A stretch of 64,000 bases of DNA, taken from NCBI RefSeq assembly GCF_009914755.1, contig NC_060944.1; one strand, 5' to 3'. The position numbers and the translations under genes were made by a program. Positions 37,663 through 64,000 of this stretch are shown here, piece by piece. Every line of letters begins with the position of its first letter. Position 1 is the first letter of the stretch. This stretch comes from the human T2T-CHM13v2.0 reference genome, Homo sapiens. The notes under the pieces are model-generated. The model had not been told where the DNA came from, searched no databases, and saw only the letters and a list, made by a program, of their open reading frames with translations.

Positions 37663-38305
37663 GGTCCAGGTAGGCTAGATAAGGACTTGGGATTTTTTTT
37701 AAAAAAAAGGTTTACAGTCATTTAGGTCACTGAATATCATTTGGGTTCTTTGATTTTAAAGTTGGCTCATTCAAGGTTTAGGAACCTCTAGGGATGTTAG
37801 GAGCCACCAAAGATCATTTAGAATATTTTTGGCTATTTAGGATCTTTTATTATTATTTATGATTTTTGAAATTCATTTGGGATGATTTAGGGTTATTGTT
37901 GTTAAGGATTTGGTTTTAAAGTTTTTAGGTTTACAGTTGGTAGGAATGTGGCTGGTCATGTAGCATTTGCTGTCATTTAGACCTTTTTATTATATCTTGA
38001 CTTCATTAAGGTTATTTAGGACCTTTTTCAATTATTACAGCATTTAAATTTTTTTCTAGAGTTTATGGTCACTAAAAGTTATTTAGCTTCTTTTAGGGAC
38101 CTCTGGGATCATCTAGGGTTGATTAATAGCGTTTAGGAATCTTAGTGTCATTTTATTGTTGTCATTTTAATTGTCTATCACCTTTAAATGTTTTACAGGG
38201 GATTGTGTTTCATTGTTAAGGATTGTTTAGATTCATTTAGGATCTTTTAAGGTTGGTAAAGTGGTCCTCAAATTCAGTGCATACAGGAATCGGAGAGGAG
38301 GTTTG

Positions 38306-38664
38306 TGTATTAGTCCATTTTCACACTGCTGATGAAGACATAACCGAGACTGGACAATTTACAAAAGAAAGAGGTTTAATTGGACTTACAGTTCCATGTG
38401 GCTGGGGAAGCCTCACAATCATGGTGGAAGGCAAGGTGGAGCAAGCCAAGTCTTACATGGATGGCAGCAGGCAAAGAGAGCTTGTGCAGGGGAGCTCCTC
38501 TTTTTAAAACCATCAGATTTCATGAGACATTCAGTATCATGAGAATAGCTTGGGAAAGACTTGCCCCCATGATTCAATTACCCGCCCCTCCACACCAGGT
38601 CACTCTCATAACACGTTAGGATTCAAGATGAGATTTGGGGGGGGGACACAGCCAAACCATATCA
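38306..38664 (-). mobile_element. THE1 MaLR solo LTR flanked by MER5-type fragments
   Basis: tgtattagtccattttcacactgctgat ... gccaaaccatatca; TSD GTTWG. Confidence 0.9.
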
Positions 38665-40186
38665 GTTAGTAAGAAAGAGGCAATATTAAAAATTCTGCTG
38701 CCAATGCCACAGCCCAGAAGAATTGAACCACAATCTCTTGGTATGGAATATAGACATCAGTGTTCTAAAAAAACTCCCCAGCTGATTGCAGTGTTCCCCT
38801 TAGGCTCATTTAGAACAGTTAGTGCACCAGAAACATCAGCATCACCTGAGAACTTTATATTAGAGATGCAGATTCTCTGCCCTACTCCATCTGCTGAATC
38901 AGGAACTCTGGGGTTGGGGCCCAGCAGTCTGCGTTTTCACAGGAACCCTGGGTGATTCTGATGCTTCTTAGAGGTCAACCCCACTAGCATGACGTTTACA
39001 GGGATCTTCAGGATCCTTGAGGTTTTTTAGGGTGGGGGAATTCTAAGGGCATTTTAAGAACCTTAGAGTCATTTGGGTTATTTTAGGGTTGTTTATTGTC
39101 AACTTAGTGTGTGTATCCTGAGAAGGTACCAGTAGGCACCTGAGTGAACTATTTTTAAATTCAGTTTATTTGATAGTCATCTGAGTCAGCCCAGAAATCA
39201 TGCTCACTGCCAGTGTCCTGGCCTCTATGGGAACGAAAGGCAGAGCAGCTCCTGAGCTCCTGGCTCAGGCCTCAGGCGCATGGGGTGGGCGGGGTGGGCT
39301 GGGGGAGCAGGAGTGTCCCATGTGCCCAGGCGGGACAAGGCACACATTTATCCAGAAGACACCAAGCAAAGGGCTTGGTTTGTGAATCAGGCACTGCATC
39401 TGGTACCCAATTCCTAATCAAGAGAACTTCAGAATATAAGAAACTGAAAGTAGAACTGTCTAACAGCACATTCTGGCTAACTTCAGGTTTCCAGGATTTA
39501 TGGTGTGTATTTTTCTCTCCTTTTGAAAACTTTTGCATGTCCAGTTTCTGAAAGGAGAATTGAGAGTACAGATTGAAAATGTGTTTGGTGTCCAGGGTGA
39601 CTGACTCTAAACACAGGGAATTTCCCAATTCCTCACATGAGGTCTCTAACCTCAGGCTCCCGCGTACTCGAGATGGCATGGCATGGTGACTGGTTTCCTC
39701 AAAGGCCTTGGAACTATTGACGCCATCCTTCCATTTTGCCTGTGTATTACATATGTGTGTATTTACATTACATATATATATGATTTTTGGTATATGGGAC
39801 TGCATTTCCATTGCATAATGGGCCTCTTATTCTTCTAGGAATTCTGAAGTCTAGTGCTTAGAAAAACTGACCCTACCAGGGACACAAAGGCCTGACTGGC
39901 TTTAATCTTCTGGCCACTGTTTTTTTGTTGTTGTTGTTTTGTTTTGTTTTGTATGTGTTTATACGTTTTTGGATTCTCAATATTTTTGGAGTTACTAAGC
40001 AGGAAATTTTAATTTTAAAGCCAGTGTAATAGAAGCAGTAAGAAAATCTAATAGCACCACCCCAACATAACTTTTTTCATAAGCCTTTACATGTAGGCCT
40101 GCAATCATATTGAACATACTATTTTATTTACTTTACATAACAATATTTTCCATGTTTCTACATAAACTATTATGTAATTTCATTCT

Positions 40187-40461
40187 GAGTCTCACTCTGT
40201 CGCCCAGGCTGGAGTGCAGTGGCACAATCTTGGCTCACTGCAGCCTCCACCTCCCAGTTCAAGTGATTCTCCCGCTTCAGCCTCTTGAGTAGCTGGGATT
40301 ACAGGCGCCCACCACCACGCCTGGCTAATTTTTGTATTTTTGGTAGAGACAGGGTTTCGCCAAGTCGGCCAGGCTGGTCTCAAACTCCTGACCTCAGGTG
40401 ATCTGCCCGACTCGGCCTCCCAAAGTGCTAGGATTACAGGTGTGAGCCACCACGCCCAGCC
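40187..40461 (-). mobile_element. AluS
   Basis: TSD TTCTACATAAACT. Confidence 0.9.
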
Positions 40462-40959
40462 TTCTACATAAACTTGATAATTACACTTCCAGTAGCAGAA
40501 TAATATTCATGCTTACGGTTTTTATTTTACCTATACCATTATCACAAAGAAGGAGGAAAGCAAGGAAAAAAATGTACTTGGCTTTTTATTGGGATTACTT
40601 GAATGTTTAGATAATTTGGGGGAGATCTGTTAAATTTTCAATCCATAAATGAGGTATATCTTCCCATTTTTTAATTTTATTTTTTAATCTTTTATTAGAT
40701 TATACACCTAGAAATACATAGAAATACATTTTTATATATCTTCCTTGTTTTAGCAACCTTGCAAAATTCATTTTATATTTCTAATAATTTATCTCTAGAT
40801 TATTATGACCAACTTGAATTCAACTTTTATTTGTTGGTTTCTTTTAGTGGGTCATAGATGTCATAGTTCGCTTTTTTGCTTAGTGATTTTTGTGACAACT
40901 TGTGTTATAGTTAATATTTGGCTAAGGAACTTTAACGATTGAAGTTGAACACTACATTA

Positions 40960-41795
40960 CGAAACGGGAACGGTTCCCTTTTCCCCCTCGCAGGGCGTGA
41001 GATAGGGACTGTGGCTCGCTTCTTCAGTGCCCTGCGGCTCAAACCTCTGAGGGACCATACAGACGGGCAGGCTGTGGGGCTCCGACCCCACACCAGTGTC
41101 CAGAGGGTGAATGTTTGCAGCTCCTAAGCCCCAGCGGGCATGTGTTACAGGGTGCTCTTTTAGTTTCGCCGTCCATAAGCCGCTTGTGTTAAGCAGCTCA
41201 ATTAGACCCTCTACCTTGTCGCAAGGACAGAGGGCTTTCTGTATCCCGGTGTTCTTGCCTTGTGTACCGGAAAAATCGCATCACGCGTGAGCTTGGAGAA
41301 TGAGTGCAAGGCTTTATTGAGTGGAAGTAGCTTTCAGCAGATGGGGGGGGGGGGGTGCCAGAAGGGAGATGATTTTCACCTGGAGTCAGGCCACTCGACC
41401 CCCACGGGCTCTCCTCCAACTGCCCCAGCCAAACTCCATGCCCTTCTGCCAGTTCATGGCCTGCCAGCGTGCCAGTGCCCGCCGATGTGCTCCTCCCCAC
41501 GTCCAGCCCCCAAGTGTTCCTCCGCTGACGTGCTCCTCTCGACTTTCAGCCGCTTCTGTCCCTGCCTTGCTAGGGTCTCGGGTTTTTATAGGCATAGGAT
41601 GGGAGCATGAGAGGCCAGGGTGGTCTTGGGAAATGCAACATTTGGACAGCAAAGCAAAAATGCCTGTCCTCACCTAGGTCCGTGGGGGTAGAGCCCTAGC
41701 TAGGGACCACGCCCTCCTCTACCCAGCACTTCACTTCCCCACTTCTGTATCATTTAAAGGGACCATGCTCTTCCCTTCCCAGCACGTCTGTATCA
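40960..41795 (-). mobile_element. LTR1-family ERV1 solo LTR
   Basis: Minus start TGATACAGACGTGCTGGGAAGGGAAG; TATAAAAA at 41583-41590; AATAAA near 41313; TSD ATTA. Confidence 0.75.
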
Positions 41796-42149
41796 ATTAA
41801 GATCTTTCCTTGGGATCATTTTGGAATCAAGGCTCTTTGTAGTCCCAGACATTCAATATCCACAATGTGTGGGAGTTCTAAGTAGTTTGTTCCCAAAATT
41901 ATACCCTAGACATCTCTGAGACATAATTACTTTCCATCAGCAAGACATACCCATGCTGTCATGTTCCATCTGTCCCAGTGTTTGGCACCAACTACCTTCT
42001 CAGAACCCCTGGGTTGTCCCAGGGAAGGATGTTGTAAGATACCCCACTCTCGGTGCTGTTGACCCCATAGATGGCTCTGCAGGTGAGGGTAGGTGGCATC
42101 AAGGGCAGCTTAGAGGGGCTTAGTGACTAGCAGGGGACATTCAAAGTCA

Positions 42150-42828
42150 TGAATTATTGAGTTGTGGAAATTCCTTATGTATTTTGAACGTTAACCCCTT
42201 ATCAGATACATGGTTTGCAAATATTTTCTTCCATTCTACAGGTTGTCTTTTCATTTCATTGTTTCCTTTGCTGTGCAGAAGCTTTTTAGTTTGATGTAGT
42301 CCCACTTGTTTATTTTTGCCTTTTTTTTCTTTGAGATAGTGTATCTCTCTGTCACGCAGACTGGAGTGCATGTGATTTTGGCCCACCGCAACCACAGCCT
42401 TCTGGGCTCAAGCGATCCTCCTACCTCAGCCTCCCGAGTAACCGGGACTACAGGTGCATGCCACCATGCCCAGCTAATTTTGGGGGGTATATTTTGTAGA
42501 GATGGGGTTTTGCCGTGTTGCCCAGGATGGTCTCAAACTCCTGTGCTCGAGCAATCCACCCACCTTACCCTTTCAAAATGCTAGGATTACAGGCATGAGC
42601 CATCACACCTGGCCTGTTTTTGCTTTTGTTGCCTGTGCTTTTTGTGTCATATCCTAAAAATCAGAGAACAAATGTTCAGTAACAAGGTAAGTTCTAGGGA
42701 TCTAATATACAGTGCTGTGACTATAGTTAATAGTACTGTATTGTTTACTTGTAATTCACTAAGAAAGTAGATCTTTGACATTTTGGGCTGGATGAAGAAA
42801 AAAACAGTAGATCTGAAGTGTCCTGACA

Positions 42829-42869
<41 letters not shown>

Positions 42870-43045
42870 GGCAACTGTGTGATGATGGACGTGTTAATGT
42901 GATGTGGTAATCGTTTCACAATGTATATGCGAAATGTGTATGTACAACAATCATCAGGTTGTACACCTTGAATATATGTCATTTTTATTTGCCAGTTATG
43001 CCACAATAAAACTGAAAAATAAATACTTTTTAAATTAAAAAATAA
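42150..43045. mobile_element. L1M fragments with nested AluJ (42318-42614) and (CA)n (42830-42867)
   Basis: ORF2 remnant MKRQPVEWKKIFANHVSDKGL; L1MA-type 3' end. Confidence 0.75.
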
Positions 43046-43316
43046 TAATATTCATGTTTATGGCTTATGAATTAGTAAGTCCAAGCTTAAAACTCCAATT
43101 AGAAAAATGTATCTTGCTCTAATGCAAGAACAATTAAATCGGGGTTAATAAAACACTGATACACAAAAATCCATATTATATTCTGCATTATGTCAAAACA
43201 CATGTTTAGATTTCAGTTTTTCCTAAAGTTTAAACTTAACACTTAAATTCCAACTTATGGCTGCTGCTTAAAAACTTCTCATCAAAATTATGATAAGCTG
43301 CTCTTTGGCCAACTCA

Positions 43317-43442
43317 TAGGGTGATCATATTTATCATCCATACTGGATCATTTTGAGAGTAAAAGGGGATGCTGTTAATAATTACATATAACCACAGAAT
43401 AAAGTGGAAGTGTCCCAAGCAATCCAGGACTTATGGTCTCTG
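43317..43442 (+). mobile_element. MER81-like hAT fossil
   Basis: tagggtgatcatatttatcatcc...ttttgagagtaaaagggg...ggacttatggtc. Confidence 0.65.
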
Positions 43443-44381
43443 CCAGTGGGCCTACCTACCATTTTAAAACTTCTAAAGTTAACTTATACACTTATAAAGC
43501 ATATACTTATAATTTATCACTTATATAAAGTTAACTTACTTATATAACATATACTGAAACTGTAAGTCACAATTTCTTTTTTGCATTATTTCTTCTTTTC
43601 TTCTTTCTGCCCCCATATGATCCGCAGAAAATTTTGCATGGTTTTAAACTAAAAATAGCAATGTTAATTTTACTCAAGTTCAGTTTTCAGCAGTGTTTTC
43701 TTGCATTTAAACATTTCAGCAACCTATTCAAATGTCTTCAAAACTTGACAGTGAAGTCTTGTACTCACAGCAAACTCCATTCAGTCATAGCCTCATTACC
43801 TAAAATAGATAATACCAAATTACTTCATAAAATCTGTTTCTATAAAACAAGCCAAGAACTGCCAGCACCTTTGGCAGAAGGCTATTAGAATTTTTTGGTT
43901 ATTTTAGGCACTGTAACTCCTACAAGGCTTACTGCATTTTGGGGGGTCGTGGTTGGACTCCAGATGAACCATTTATCTTCAGTGTATATCACCTGCATCT
44001 ACATGATGCACTGTACAAAAGTCTCACTACCTTGGAAGGGTTAACTGCTCATCTGTTTCACCCAACTTAAAAGCGGCAACTGAAAAGCTCTCTTTGAATT
44101 AAAAACTCTAAATATGGGAAATCGAAACAACACTCCAAGGGAACTGTGATTTATCCACACTTTCTTTCTGTCTCTCTCTCCCTCCTTCCCCATCTCTCTC
44201 TCTCTTTCATACTTATATATGCATTGTTTACAGAAGCATCATTAAAAATCTGGTCTTGGTTGTTACCTTCTTCTAGAGGCCAAATTATAATGGTCACTAT
44301 TTCTGCTCCATGGCCAGGTTTCTTAGGAAGACAACCGTCAAATCTCATATTAAACTTTATGAACAAATGAAATTATTTCTG

Positions 44382-44407
44382 TGTATTAGTCAGGGTTCTC
44401 CAAAGAT

Positions 44408-44470
<63 letters not shown>

Positions 44471-44775
44471 GTGTGGGTGTGGGGAGACAGAGCTTAAGGA
44501 ATTGGTTCACATAATTGATCCTGTAGTTCAAGTCCAAAGGCAGTCTTGAGGCAGAATTCCTTCTTCTCTGGGATCTCAGTCTTCGTTCTTAAGGCCTTCA
44601 ACTGATTGGGTGAGGCCCACCCACATTATGGAGGGCAGACTGCTCAAAGTCCACTGATTTAAATGTTAATCTCAACTTAAAAAAAAAAAAAACAAATTCA
44701 TAGTAACATCTAGTGTTTGACCAAATATCTGGGCTGTATGGCCTAGCCAAGTTGACATATAAAATTAGATATCAT
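44382..44775 (-). mobile_element. MLT2 (ERVL) LTR with (GT)n(GA)n
   Basis: tgtattagtcagggttctcc...gcctagccaagttgacatataaaatta. Confidence 0.8.
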
Positions 44776-45264
44776 ACCTTCCCCGTACCATAGGGTGGAA
44801 CTTGGGCCCTAGTCTGAAAATCTCACACTTGGGGAGCCATGGGGGGATGCTTCCAACAGAAGCAAGCCCAGGTGCCCAACCCCTGCAGGGGGGCTTAGCC
44901 ATTTTACAGGTGAGAAAACCAAGTCCTAGAGAAAGGATCATTGAGTTGGTCCCAGGGTCCAAGAGGAAGGGGTGGAGTGAGAGTGGAAATCCAGCCTCAC
45001 TGAATAGAAGTTCCAAGCTCTTTCCTCCACAACTCCTGGCTCTCCAGAGCCCTCAACTGGCAGCTCCTAAGACAACCTTCTCATTTTACTTCCTATTTGG
45101 GACGTAACAGCCAGGCCCAAACATGTTCAAACCATAAACTTGGGGAAGAAAATTAACTTATCTGGTGGGTGCTCCTTCCTGTTCCTGTCACCCACCTTAC
45201 AACCACCCTCTCACAACACAGAGCTCCCGCAGCCAGCAGTCACACACAGACCCATCCACGGGGC

Positions 45265-63330
<18,066 letters not shown>

Positions 63331-63729
63331 CTTAGGGGGAAAAATAGAAGAGATATAACATTATCAGCTGAAGCCACTTATAATGCAGTTGTTCCCTCTT
63401 TCTCTCACCTCTCACCTGGCCTTCAGTCACCCCACTTTGGGTAACTGTCCACATGTACATACACACACATGCACATGCACACAGAGTTCTGCCACCACCA
63501 CCCCATAACCATCTTCCCCCAGGATCAAAGTCAAGAGTGAGCACCACCCCAGAACAATGCTTAAAGTAAGGAGCAACTCCAGGACACCAAGGCAGGCCTC
63601 GTCTACCGACAATACTCCCAAACTCAAGCTGAATGAGCAGGTGTTAATAAGCCATGGATTCACTGAGGCGAGCACTTCAGAGCCCACACACAGCGATTCT
63701 CCTGCATGGCTGTGGCCTTTTCTCCCTCA

Positions 63730-64000
<271 letters not shown>

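Larger units (their letters stand above)
34360..39105 (+). repeat. Degenerate TTTAGGG/TTTAGAG/TTTAGGA-rich low-complexity repeat, broken up by TE insertions
   Basis: 15 exact TTAGGG on + outside the TEs, many single-mismatch variants, strong G/T strand bias. Confidence 0.65.

Noticed and set aside
39272-39811. 179-aa minus-strand ORF
   Set aside because: No recognisable homology and starts in a low-complexity TA tract; not supportable as a CDS.
43460-44370. AT-rich unique-looking stretch, possibly an old DNA transposon or retrocopy
   Set aside because: Could not assign a family or reading frame by eye; needs a Dfam or BLAST search.

Overview
Human (or great-ape) genomic DNA from the PRNP-PRND-PRNT-RASSF2 region of chromosome 20p13, identified from the RASSF2 protein sequence. 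The right third holds the last nine coding exons and the ~4.2 kb 3'UTR of RASSF2 on the minus strand. They splice in frame, one intron is GC-AG, and the start codon lies beyond the window. The left end holds an Alu-interrupted IDI1 processed pseudogene and probably the 5' part of PRNT. The rest is rich in Alu, L1 (one near-full-length L1PB), L2, MIR, solo LTRs and DNA transposon fossils. Most unusual: (1) about 2.2 divergent 170-171 bp alpha-satellite-like monomers at 2380-2751, far from the centromere; (2) an old, strand-biased, degenerate TTTAGGG-rich repeat zone at 34.4-39.1 kb, with a 95-bp piece copied into a nearby (TA)n tract; (3) an orphan CpG-rich island with CTCF motifs; (4) a duplicated NRF2/MAF-type element inside a candidate intronic enhancer. 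Exon coordinates are exact. Repeat boundaries are approximate and subfamily names come from remembered consensus sequences.
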